A DNA stretch of 42,099 nt, from the NCBI RefSeq assembly GCF_006345805.1, contig NW_021835163.1, positions 1-42,099 on the forward strand, in the 5' to 3' direction. Below the pieces are notes generated by a model. It searched no databases. It had not been told where the DNA came from and saw only the letters and a list, made by a program, of their open reading frames with translations. Source of the stretch: Octopus sinensis (Eukaryota). Positions 1 through 11,268 of this stretch are shown in pieces; the stretch's first letter is position 1, and every line of letters starts with the position of its first letter. The position numbers were made by a program, and so were the translations under genes.

Positions 1-228
1 CCCAGGAGATGGGTAACTCTTGTAGAAAATCCCCAATGTATGTTATTCATTGAGTTTGAAGCAAACATTTGCACCAACTGCCTGCCGCAGCATTTCCAAA
101 AAGTGTGGTTCATCCTACACAAGCCTTCACCACTGAAAACAAATCATCTGCGTAGGGTGTCTATCAGCCAAAATATGACTATTAGATCCACGTACGTCGA
201 AATCGGTGATAGACCCCAGTATCTACTA

Positions 229-550
229 GAGTGGTTCTCAACCAATTTTTATATATAGATCCTTTTGATTACTATTTTAATCTCATGGAGCCCCCCCCCC
301 CCCCCCTGGCCATTCGATGTCCAAAACTAGTTCTATACTTACTTCTCTCAAAATTCCTATTTTGTTTTTCTCTTGTGTAGGTTCAGCTATGTAAAACATT
401 AGAAAAAAAAACCTTGCTGTTTCTTGCAAGAAATAAACCTAAAGTATAATTTTTTCACGAACCCTTAAAATACTACTGCGGACCTAGTTTACTATTTTGT
501 TGACCCTAAAAAATTTTATATGGACCACAAGATCTGGTTGGAAACCACTG
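229..550. mobile_element. Decayed non-autonomous hAT (Charlie-like) MITE
   Basis: Imperfect TIRs GAGTGGTTCTCAACC (229-243) and GGTTGGAAACCACTG (536-550), 12/15 match, resembling the CAGTGGTTCTCAA termini of Charlie-type hATs. The 8-bp flanks ATCTACTA / ATTCAGTA match 5/8. No coding capacity. Confidence 0.6.
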
Positions 551-969
551 ATTCAGTACTTCATCATCTGGTGCGTCCGCCATTTTTTTTTAAGATGGTA
601 AAAGGTGATTTGTAAGAGATTCCATTATCATTTCTAACCAAGCGTTCACATAAACTCTCCTGATGGCCTCAACCTCGTATTGGTTGTTATTTGTATTATT
701 TGCTTTTTATCGTTGTTGTCGGTTTTGTGTTTGTCCTTATTCTCCTTGTGTCCCTTAGTATTCTCTGTTGAAATACACAATTAATGGAGGTTTGTTTGAA
801 GCATCGCTGCTATCTCCATCAAAAACCAGGTTTTGTAATTCTTCTAATCAAAAGACCGAGTTGTTACTTTAAAAACCTGATAGTTGTGCCATAGACGTAA
901 CGTATGGCAAGTATCAAAACGCCTATCAGTTTTGTCCTAAATTAAATATATTGAGTCTGTCTGTAGACG

Positions 970-991
970 AGCTATATATACACACACATAA

Positions 992-1047
<56 letters not shown>

Positions 1048-1524
1048 ATGTGTGTATGTGTGTGATGTGTGTATATGTACATTTATGTGCATATGTGTGT
1101 ATATGCATATCCATGTATGTTTATATATGTACATGTATGTATGTATGTATGTATGTTTTCGTGTGTGAGTGTATGTATATGTGTGACTGTGTGTATATAT
1201 GTACATGCGTATGTGGATGTATATATAAATATGTGCGTAAACAGGGAGAGGTAAAAACTGATGTGTGCATGAATGGGAGTATGGTAAAACAAATACATGT
1301 ATGTATATGCATACATGTATATTCTTACATGTATGTATGTTTATTTACATGTGTACATTACATACGTATAAATGAGTGATTATGTATCTATGTATGTGTG
1401 TTTTTACGCATATATAATATATATATAGATATATATATATATATATTCACACACATACTTAGGCATCAAACATATATGTCTAGATATGTGTGTATGTAAA
1501 TATATATAAATATTATATACATGC

Positions 1525-1555
<31 letters not shown>

Positions 1556-1711
1556 CTATATATATATACATTATATATATATAATATACATATATATACA
1601 CACATCTATTATAAATACACATATACATATACTTATACGCATACATACATATATAGATATATCTGTATAGATATATACAGTTATATATACATACATTTAT
1701 ATATGCATATA

Positions 1712-1774
<63 letters not shown>

Positions 1775-1830
1775 CACATAAATACATACACACATGCATA
1801 TATAAATGAAACTAATATATGTATGTGTGT
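970..1830. repeat. Compound (TA)n/(TG)n/(TATG)n microsatellite block
   Basis: Directly visible; source of the [10 protein letters not shown] pseudo-ORFs. Confidence 0.95.
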
Positions 1831-2079
1831 GTGGTATGTATATTACGTATCAGCTCTATTACCAAGTCCTCCCCTACCCCAACAGCACACAAGTTAACCA
1901 TTTATCTTTCCACCCGCTTCCTCTATCATTTCTTAAATTCTCGCACATATTACCATCTTACACAACTCCATTTTATCTTCCACTCCCCCGCTTCCTAGAT
2001 CTCTTTCTTCAAATTTCTCTCCTTTTTTTTTTTTAATCTTTCTATTTTATTTTATTCTGTTTTATTTTTTTAATTAGAT

Positions 2080-2450
2080 TAAGAGTGTTTGTTGGTGAAC
2101 TAGTTATTTGAGTGGAGGCGTTCGGTGGTGAACTAAAATGTTTTCCTGAGCTTTGTTGATGAACCAGAAACCTGAGTGAGGTTGTTTCTCAGTGAGCCAG
2201 ATAATTTGAGCGGAGATATTTGTTAGTGAACTATTTGAGTGAAGTTGTTTGTTAACGGACTAAATATTTGAATGAGACTGTTTGTTGGGGAACCAAATAT
2301 TTGAGTGAAAAATTATTTGAGTCAAGGTTGTTTGTGAACTAGATATTTAAGTGATGGTTGTTGTTGGTCAAGACGTCTAGTAAAAACGTTATTCCGGGTG
2401 AGTGATTGTTAAGGAATTAAATAATTGAGTGAAGGTGTTTATTGTTGAAC
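2080..2450. repeat. Degenerate ~33-bp minisatellite (consensus approx. TTTGAGTGAGGTTGTTTGTTGGTGAACTAAATA)
   Basis: Recurring TTTGAGTG...GTTTGTT..TGAAC units about every 30-33 bp, roughly 10 copies, heavily diverged. Confidence 0.7.
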
Positions 2451-2614
2451 TGCACTTTTAACGAAGATGGTAAATGGACCAAACATTTTATCATGTCACA
2501 GACGGTCAACGAATTATCCAACAGAGACTGTCAGATTATACTAAATATTTTACTAGTCGTATTAGTAAACATATATATTCAACCAAACAAATAGTTTACT
2601 GGAAAATGCAGTAA

Positions 2615-3008
2615 CGGTTCGACGGTTTGCGAGATTGGCCGGACAGCCCGAGATGCGTTCAGACCAACGGAACAATACTCCACGCACTCTTTCAGTCTAC
2701 GAGCATTGCAGGTTAGTGGAATGATGTCGAAGAATTGTTGTCGTCTGCCAGATGAAACCGGCTGTCGACTGGGTACATCGCGAGGATCGACTCACTACAC
2801 AATTTTAACAAAGTATGGCAGACAGTGTTCCTATGTTTTGTGGCTATGATGAAAGAGGTTGTGCTACGGACGAGGCTGGAACAATTGAGGACAGGCACCT
2901 TCCTCGTCAGTCAAGCCCTCGTCGACTTTCTTAAGTTCCACTTAGGAAGCGGTAGCAGCAGCGGCGATGGTGGTGATGACGAATGAGAGTCATTGAGAAT
3001 GTCATTAA
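2615..3008 (+). pseudogene. Old 3' relic of Tx1-like LINE ORF2 (zinc-finger/C-terminal region)
   Basis: One plus frame with internal stops reads PDSPRCVQTNGTILHALFQ...VFLCFVAMMKEVVLRTRLEQLRTGTFLVSQALVDFLKFHL. This aligns by eye to the window's Tx1 ORF2 C-terminus TCPRCGQSDETVMHALVQ...IFIILVAMAKECIWWTRLKGLETNTFLSGRSLINFFKYHL. Confidence 0.8.
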
Positions 3009-3399
3009 CCTATCTAATTCAGTTTTGGTCCTAATATTATTTCCCACAATTTAAAGACAGCAGGGTTGGAAATCCGGCAAAGCGTTTTACAATACTCTAC
3101 CAATTTTAGAGCCTTGTACTATGTTCTGCAATATTTAGTCACCCTAACCACGTTCTAGGTTAGATTTGATCGCCTATACGCTCTGACATGCAAATGAGCA
3201 GCCTGTCGATGGAAGCAACTATCATTTTATTCCTTAGCATAATGGTAAAAGCAAGCTTTAGTAGACAGTAAGCTTTCAGTCGTCTAAAATCTAAGATGGC
3301 TGTTGTTTACCGTTAATTCACATATACCACTATCTACTTCCGGTCAAGAAAATAAACTCAAACAAGGCGGATAAATGTAATACGTAAGACAAGTATGCG

Positions 3400-3441
3400 C
3401 GCGCGCACACGATTTATATAGTTACATGAATATATATCTAA

Positions 3442-3530
<89 letters not shown>

Positions 3531-4226
3531 CATACATACATATACATACATACATACATAACGATATAAGGAACTCAAAGAACGTAAATAACATACGAAT
3601 ATACGTGTGTATGTTCATATGTGTATGTATATATATTTGTGTTTGTGCGAAAATGTACTTACATACATAGATGCGTCGTACACACATACATGCATACTTT
3701 ATACATATGTACAAACATACATACATACATGCATACATAGACACGAACACATACACACACAACGAAACACACAAAGGCAAACTGTTGACATGAAGTACAA
3801 GTCCAAGTTGTTGCTAAGCAACTGGTAAAGCCTTCCTCCACCTCACTCCCTCCCTCTGGTAATTAAAGCCGATGATGCCATATTGCCATGTTGAATGTGT
3901 TCTTTGGTAAAAAGCACACATTTCCACGAACATTGTAACTTAATATCTTTGGTGTATATAGCCATGTGTAAGTATGTATATATGGGTCTCTGGTATGAAT
4001 GAACTACCTATGTGTCTGAATGTAAATATGTGTGTAGATTTGTATACGAATATATATGTATATGTACGTATATGCACATATATATACATATATATATATA
4101 CACATATATATATATATATATGTGTATGTGTATATATACACATATATATGTGTGGTATATGTGTTATATATATACACGTATAATGTATGTATATATACAT
4201 ATTTATATACATATATATATATGTAT

Positions 4227-4279
<53 letters not shown>

Positions 4280-4314
4280 TACATATATATATATATATAC
4301 ATATACACACACAC

Positions 4315-4352
<38 letters not shown>

Positions 4353-4600
4353 TATATATATATACACACATATATATATATATATATATATACGTACATA
4401 CATACGTGCATATACACATATATTGAAAGATCTGAAGTAAAAAGCAAAAGAGGAAGAGAGGAAGGAGAGAGAGGAGTTTGGATTGAATGTGGTGCCTGAA
4501 TTAGTGTTTCTATGTAGTGATCGTGTGTGTATGCATGCATGCGTGTATGTATTTATGTATGTATGCATGTATGTACGTACGTAACTACGCATATACATAC
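3400..4600. repeat. Two compound (CA)/(TA)/(TATG) microsatellite blocks (3400-3770, 3960-4600)
   Basis: Directly visible. Confidence 0.9.
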
Positions 4601-5310
4601 GGACATGTGAACAGTTGCAGAGTTGTGCAAGTATGCATCATGTGCACAAATGAGTGTATAAAAACATGCAGCTGGCGTTTTGTACGCGTGGTATTTGGAC
4701 GAGATTGGTCTGTGGGTTTATTGCAAGTATTTTCGTGTTGTCGATGTGACGGAAAATTGGATAGCCGGCCATATTAGAGGCTAGAAGACTATCGTCTGAG
4801 ATTAACTTCCGAGAATATATTGACTTCATGTCGCTTTCAGATTCAGACTGACATACAGACAGCCAGATATGTCGACAGGTAGGCAGATAAACAGACTCTC
4901 TCTCTCACTCACTCTCTCTCTCTCACACACACGCACTGATAGAGAGACAGACTGATTGACACACATACATAGAGACAGACAGACAGGCTGACTTGCAAAC
5001 AGACTGTTAGATAAACTGACTGATATTTTAACATACAGAAGACAGTCGGAATAAGCAAAGACGTTCCTGTAGTGACCGTGCGGCTGATTTTTCTCAGACA
5101 ATATTTCTAAGTCTATAATATCCAATGACGACGTCGACGATAATGATGATGATGATGAGGAGGAGGAGGAGGGGGGATAGGGGAGGATAGGAGGATAGGA
5201 GGGGAGGATGGCTGTATTTATGACGATTATGGAGACAACGGTGATGGTTATAGGGATTGGTGGTGCAGGTGGTGGTGATGATGAGGAGGAGGAGGATTAC
5301 TCTAAACAGA

Positions 5311-5456
5311 CGTGTAGCTGTGTGGTAAGGAGTTTGCTTCCCAGCCACATGGTTGTGGGTTCAGTCCCACTGCATGGCACCTTGGGTATTATAGTTTCGG
5401 GCCGATCAAAGACTTCTGAATGGATTTGATTGACGGAAACTGAAAGAAGCCCATCA

Positions 5457-5487
<31 letters not shown>

Positions 5488-5565
5488 TCGTCCTCCACCA
5501 CCGCTTGACAACCGGTGTTGGTTTGTTTACGTGCCCCACAAAGACCGATAGAATAACCATCGGGA
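5311..5565 (+). mobile_element. tRNA-derived SINE family A (internal TG microsatellite), decayed and 3'-incomplete
   Basis: Head with A-box-like GCTGTGTGG and B-box GGTTCAGTCCC, GGAAACTGAAAGAAGCCC, (TG)n, then CGCTTGACAACCGGTGTTGG...GACCGATAGAATAA; homologous to 39937-40354. Confidence 0.85.
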
Positions 5566-5731
5566 ATTAAAAGGAATAGCTCCTGTGGCCGATTCGTTTG
5601 AGTAAAAATTCTTCAAAGCGGTGCTCCAGCAGGGCCACGGTCCATCGACTGAAACAAGAAAAGATAAAAGTCTTTTGTGGGGGGAGAGGGGGTTGTGTTT
5701 TAATGTTGGTCACAAATATTTGTCAGTTTAT

Positions 5732-5853
5732 TACTCTCTTTACTCTTTTTCTTGTTTCAGTCATTTGACTGCGGCCATGCTGGAGCGCCGCCTTTAGTCG
5801 AGCAACTCGACCCCGGGACTTATTCTTTGTAAGCCCAGTACTAATTCTATCGG
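5732..5853 (-). mobile_element. SINE family A, 3' fragment
   Basis: TACTC...CTTGTTTCAGTCATTTGACTGCGGCCATGCTGGAGCGCCGCCTTTAGTCGAGC is near-identical to 39941-40060. Confidence 0.9.
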
Positions 5854-6498
5854 TTATTGTTCTTAATATTTATTTTTTGTTGTTATTTACTTGTTTAGTT
5901 GTTTTGGTGTCGAATTTTAGTTCTGTTGTGCGGGTGTGTTGTTATTGCGACATTGTAGTTGAAACTGTCTCTGGTTTTTGCGTTTGTAGCGGCTGTCTTT
6001 CACTCCTTTTCCATCGATTGTGGGGAAATTTTGTCGATGCTATCGTTGGAATTTCATTTTCATATCGTTTGTTATGTTTTTAATGTCGTTGGTTTCCATT
6101 TGATCGGTGCCAGTCCGTTCTTTTTGAGCGTTGTAGTTCGTCTTTTGATATTGTCTTTAACCTCCAGGGATTTTGTAGCCAATAAAAGAAATCGTTATTT
6201 TGGTGGCTCTGGCGAAAGAGATTCTGTGGTGAACGAGACTGGAAGAACTGGAGACGATTTCCACTTCGGCCAAGACCAGATCGACATTTTTAAAATCCAG
6301 ATCAAAAAATAAAGCGGTGGTGGGGAGGGGTGCTTCCCATTTAATTTGGTAAAAGATGGTCGAATGGATGGCCCGAGTGAGTGGGCCTGCTCTGAGCTCG
6401 CGTCAGTAGGCTGGAAAGAACGGATGGGAATGGTAGGTGTCCTTGTTGTAGCATTGGTGATTGGAATGATCCAGGATCAGTGGAGTTTCTTCGCTACA

Positions 6499-6610
6499 CT
6501 TGAGTGGTGCCCCTTGAGTGATACTTCTTGAGTGATGCTCCTTGAATGGTACTCCTTGAGTGGTACTCCTTGAGCGGTGCCCCTTGAGTAGTGCTCCTTC
6601 GGTGGTACCC
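6499..6610. repeat. 14-bp minisatellite, 8 units (CTTGAGTGGTACTC consensus)
   Basis: Units start at 6499, 6513, 6527, 6541, 6555, 6569, 6583 and 6597. Confidence 0.9.
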
Positions 6611-6748
6611 CCCCCACTACTGGGCAACTTAGTTACCAGTTTTCTTATTGTAATTGCTTTATTGTTTACACTGTTTATGCAAATTATTATTGCCCTTGTA
6701 TTTCTTTATTAGCCTCAAGGACAAAAAACTAAATAAACAAAAACATTT

Positions 6749-6857
6749 AGGATGATAATGATGATGATGATGATGATGACGACGACGACGATGACGATGA
6801 TGATGATGATGATGATGAGTGTCCTTTCTACTGTAGGCACAAGGCCTGACAGGTTCG
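6749..6857 (-). mobile_element. SINE family B, 5'-truncated tail with (ATC)n
   Basis: Reverse complement CGAACCTGTCAGGCCTTGTGCCTACAGTAGAAAGGACACTCATCATC matches 7980-8030. Confidence 0.85.
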
Positions 6858-6904
6858 TTTTTGTTTGTTTATTTAGTTATTTGTCCTTGAGGCTAATAAA
6901 GAAA

Positions 6905-7080
6905 GTCTCGAGCGGAATGGCCAACACGTCGGACAAAAGGCTGATGAGGTTTCTTTTACCTTTCATCCTTTTGGTGTTGATAAAATGAAGGACCAGCAAG
7001 TACCGGGGTCGATATAATTGATTTACCCACTCTCCACTAAAATTGCTGGCCCTGTGCCAAAAATTCGAAACAGTTATTAA
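6905..7080 (+). mobile_element. SINE family B, decayed copy
   Basis: CCTTTCATCCTTTTGGTGTTGATAAAATGAAGGACCAG...GGGGTCGATATAATTGA...AAATTGCTGGCCCTGTGCC central and tail motifs. Confidence 0.75.
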
Positions 7081-7081
7081 A

Positions 7082-7300
7082 GGCGGCGACCTGGCAGAAT
7101 CGTTAGAATGCCGGACAAAATTATCAGCGGCATTTCTTCCGGTTTTACGTTCTCAGTTCAAATTCGCCGAGGTCGACTTTGCCTTTCATCCTTTCGGGGT
7201 CGATAAAGTAGGCACCAATTGAGTACTAGGGGTAATGTAAGCAATACCCTCTCCTTTTCAGACCTTGCACCTAGAGCGGAAAAGATGATGATGATGATGA
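7082..7300 (+). mobile_element. tRNA-derived SINE family B (central domain resembles the Meta/MESC domain)
   Basis: Head GGCGGCGACCTGGCAGAATCGTTAG (A box), AGTTCAAATTC (B box), central CCGAGGTCGACTTTGCCTTTCATCCTTTCGGGGTCGATAAA, (GAT)n tail. The domain name is from recollection. Confidence 0.85.
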
Positions 7301-7302
7301 GG

Positions 7303-7375
<73 letters not shown>

Positions 7376-7376
<1 letters not shown>

Positions 7377-7612
7377 CTGTTGTGTCCGGGGAGAGTCGTT
7401 TTCTTTTTGTGCCAAATAATGTAACACACTCACCGTTAAATTTCCACTTATTGCTTATTTTTATTTTCAATAGTCTTCACTCTCAAGACTTTTCAATAGT
7501 CTTGAGAGTGAAGACTATTGAAAATAAAAATAAGCAATAAGTGGAAATTTAACGGTGAGTGTGTTACATTATTTGGCACAAAAAGAAAACGACTCTCCCC
7601 GGACACAACAGA
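7376..7612. repeat. Perfect inverted repeat, 115-bp arms, 7-nt spacer, inside (AAT)n
   Basis: 7376-7490 is the exact reverse complement of 7498-7612; spacer TTTCAAT. Confidence 0.95.
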
Positions 7613-7667
7613 ATATGTTTCAACACACGAACTCATATAAAGAATCTTGCAAACCAAATCCAAAAGC

Positions 7668-7708
<41 letters not shown>

Positions 7709-7724
7709 TAATAATAATAATAAT

Positions 7725-7801
<77 letters not shown>

Positions 7802-8090
7802 GGCTATAAGCTGGCTGAATCGATAGCACGCGGGTCAAAATGTTTAGCAGTATTTCATCTGTCGCTATGTTCTAAGTTCAAATTCCACCGAGGTCAACTT
7901 CGCCCCTCATCCTTTCGGGGTCGATAAATTAAGGACCAGTGGAACACTGGGGTCGATGTAATCGTCTGGCACCTCCCCACGAACCTGTCAGGCCTTGTGC
8001 CTACAGCAGAAACGACACTCATCATCATCATCATCATCATCATCACCATCGTCATCATCGTCATCATCATCGTCATCATCATCATTATCA
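7802..8090 (+). mobile_element. SINE family B, near full length with (CAT)n tail
   Basis: GCTGGCTGAATCGATAG head, AGTTCAAATTCC B box, CATCCTTTCGGGGTCGATAAATTAAGGACCAG central domain, GGCCTTGTGCC tail. Confidence 0.85.
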
Positions 8091-8614
8091 TCCTTTCAAA
8101 TTATCTATATTCAGCTGCAAAGCAATTTTCTTAATTCTGTTTCTTTCGATTTTTTTTTTTGTTTTTTTGTTTTTTTTTTTTTCTTTGCCTTCAGAAACAC
8201 ATTTGCTGGTTTTGGAGATTCTTGGAGGCGTTCCCTCTCAAAGACACTGTTTTGTCAATTTACAAACGAAGAAATTATTTTCTTCTGAAAATAAAGTCTT
8301 TCGTTTATTTTTATTTATCTTCTTTTCTCAAAAAAGGCTGGAAATGATGCCAATAATTAAATAGTTACCTTTCTTATGGAGTCAGCACAGAAAATAATTT
8401 TTGTTTTTTTTTCCCCACTTAAATTCCATTCGGTAAATCCAACTCCTGTAGAGCTGAAGATAACACAACTTGACAACATCATCATCATCACCACCATCAC
8501 CGTCGAAACCACCACCACCACCACTGCCATCATCAGCATCATCATCAACGTTACCACCATCACACCACCACCATCACCATCATCACTATCATCATCATCA
8601 TCATCTTGGACAAC

Positions 8615-8710
8615 AACAAAAACAATAGTTTCTGATTTCGGCACAAGGCCAAATAATTGGGAGAGGCAGGGTTAGTAGATTAAATCGACGCCAGTACTTG
8701 ACTGGTACTT
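8615..8710 (-). mobile_element. SINE family B, 3' fragment
   Basis: Reverse complement AAGTACCAGTCAAGTACTGGCGTCGATTTAATCTAC...TTTGGCCTTGTGCCGAAATCAGAAAC. Confidence 0.75.
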
Positions 8711-8787
8711 TGATAATAATAATGATGATGATGATGATGATGATGATAATGATAATAATAATAATAATATTAATAATAATAATAATG

Positions 8788-8847
<60 letters not shown>

Positions 8848-8918
8848 TGATAATATTAATAATGATGATGATGATGATAATAATAATAATAATAATAATA
8901 ATATTAATAATGATGATG

Positions 8919-8995
<77 letters not shown>

Positions 8996-9086
8996 AATAA
9001 TAATAATAATAATAATAATGATGATGATGATGATGATGATGATAAAAATAATAATAATAATAATAATAATGATGATGATGATGGGG

Positions 9087-9118
<32 letters not shown>

Positions 9119-9208
9119 GATGATGATAATGATGATGATAATAATGACGATGACGACGACGACGATGATGATGATGATGATGATTTTTTTTGTCTTATGA
9201 TAATGATT

Positions 9209-9242
<34 letters not shown>
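8711..9242. repeat. Compound trinucleotide array (AAT/GAT/GAC/AAG)
   Basis: Directly visible. Confidence 0.95.
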
Positions 9243-9244
<2 letters not shown>

Positions 9245-10373
9245 CCTTTAAAGAGGTCTCAGCCTTTTTTTTCTTCTTGCTTTTTGTTAGGGTTCACTCT
9301 TTTCGTTCTGTGGTGAGACGGCTCCTTCTTTATCTCCTTCTGTCTTTTGTATCCTCTCAGACAGGAAATCTTACTCACTTTCCGTCTCCTTCCCCTCCTC
9401 ACAAGACGATGAATTGGCATTGTTGATTAAGATAGAGAAATGGAATCGCCATCCATGGGTTTTCGAGACAGGGCCCTGTGATATACTGTGCCCTATAACA
9501 TACATAAAGCCTGGGAGCCTCTATTGTTCTCTGCCACTCTTCTGTCTGTTTAGCTTTTCCGGTTCTTCAGAGTAAATGCTTCTCATATGGTCTTTGTTCT
9601 CACATGCAACCCAACGAGAACTTGTGCCCTGTACCATAAGTCTCATGCGCCTTCTGTTTCTGCACCTTCGTCTCGGTAGAGTTCCGATACGGTTCTGAGG
9701 TTGTGGAGCAACATTAAATCCATACTGACCGCTCCCTATCATGTGTCGCCCCTTGTCACTTCTACATGGCTCTTCTGCTCAAATTGCAACAAAAAAGGTG
9801 ACAACGAAACAGGGGAAGAGTTTTTTGTCTCTACGCCCTATCACCTCTGTATCTCTCTGCTCCAGATTGCGGGATACAAGTGTGTGGTCACGTGTTCGGG
9901 GGATGTCTTTGATTTCAGAAACAACAAAGAGACCCCGTATATTCTGCCTGCTCGAAGGAGAATGTTTACCCCTTACATCGTATAGGGCTTCTCTAAACTG
10001 CTCTTTTCGGGGCGTTTAGACGAACTCTCTATTTCTTAGGAAACAGAGATAAGCAATGTTTTCCTTTCCCGTATGTAATCGTCAGGCCGGGAGGCGCTAC
10101 CCTTTGTGACGCATCTCCGCCGTATCGACTTTTTTTTCGGAAAAGATTCACATTTAAACTTTTATATCGTTTACACCATCGAAGGAGCCATTGGCAATCG
10201 AAAGAATGGAAATGTTTTTTTCGTTTGGCAAAAAATGTGGGTGTCGATTTTATTGTTTTGTTGTTGACAAAATTTCCTTTCGAGTTTTTCAAGCTAATGT
10301 TTTTATGGCTGTTAAAATATTTTCTTTCTGTTCATGTTCAACATTAATATCTTGCTCGGCAATTAAATTACTA

Positions 10374-10450
<77 letters not shown>

Positions 10451-10622
10451 TCTCTCACTCTGTTTTCTGTTTGTGAACTGTGTTCTTTTGTTTCTTGTCA
10501 ATTTTATTTAAAGGGGCGTGGTTCGGAGTTCTTGAAAGCATATTTGTGTATGTAGACAATGTGTATATATATACCCACACACAAACACACACATACATAC
10601 GTACAAATATTAATTCATTTAT

Positions 10623-10695
<73 letters not shown>

Positions 10696-10799
10696 GGCGT
10701 AGGAGTGGCTGTGTGGTAAGTAGCTTTACTATAACCTCGGCCCCACCAAAGCCTTGTGAGTGGATTTGGTAGATGGAAACTGAAAGAAGCCCACACACA

Positions 10800-10975
10800 T
10801 TTTTTTCGCTCCTTGTTTCTCTCCTTGTTTTTTTTTTTCTTGCCCCTTTCTGTAGAAGAACGTAGGCTCGAAACGTAAAAGACTTTTTCTATTCCTGAGC
10901 GTTATACTAATACATCTGTTTGTTTCGTACACCACCTGACTTTGTCTTTTATTTATTTCCTGAATTCTCCCTATA
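10800..10975 (+). mobile_element. PLE 3'/pLTR fragment of the same family as 24900-25089
   Basis: GTAGGCTCGAAACG..AAAGAC..TTCCTGAGCG..ATACTAATACA...CCACCTG shared with 24940-25030; ends at TATATA. Confidence 0.8.
10846..10881 (+). ncRNA. Minimal type I hammerhead ribozyme, degenerate (CUGUAGA core)
   Basis: CTTT-CTGTAGA-A-GAAC GTAG GCTC-GAAAC-GTA-AAAG: stem I CTTT/AAAG, stem II with one mismatch, A6 replaced by U. Confidence 0.6.
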
Positions 10976-11001
10976 TATGTGTGCGTGTGTTTGTGTGTGT
11001 G

Positions 11002-11054
<53 letters not shown>

Positions 11055-11234
11055 CGTGTGTGTGCGTGTTTATGTATCTGTGTTTGTCCGCCCAACATCG
11101 CTTGACAACCGATGCTGGTGCGTCTACGTCCCCGTAACTTAGCGGTTCGGCAAAAGTGACCGGTAGAATAAGTACTAGGCTTACAAAGAATAAGTCGTGA
11201 GGTATGTATGTATGTATGTATGTATGTATGTATG

Positions 11235-11268
<34 letters not shown>

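Noticed and set aside
1-160. Minus-strand YADD followed by KC...ITYIG, reminiscent of a gypsy RT
   Set aside because: Spacing is too short, there are stops, and it is cut by the window edge; cannot be supported without a profile search.
5860-6320. A-rich minus-strand stretch resembling decayed LINE ORF1
   Set aside because: No recognisable motif; compositional resemblance only.
6499-6610. CRISPR-like array
   Set aside because: Eukaryotic context; the units are contiguous with no unique spacers.
7613-7645. Hammerhead-like ATGAG...GAAAC on the minus strand next to the palindrome
   Set aside because: No CUGA core and no stem II pairing.
9500-10370. Unique, relatively GC-rich region with CSNCNKKG and LRPITSV look-alike motifs
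   Set aside because: The motifs lie in different frames, the knuckle lacks His/Cys, and no consistent alignment was found; exon or TE origin undetermined.
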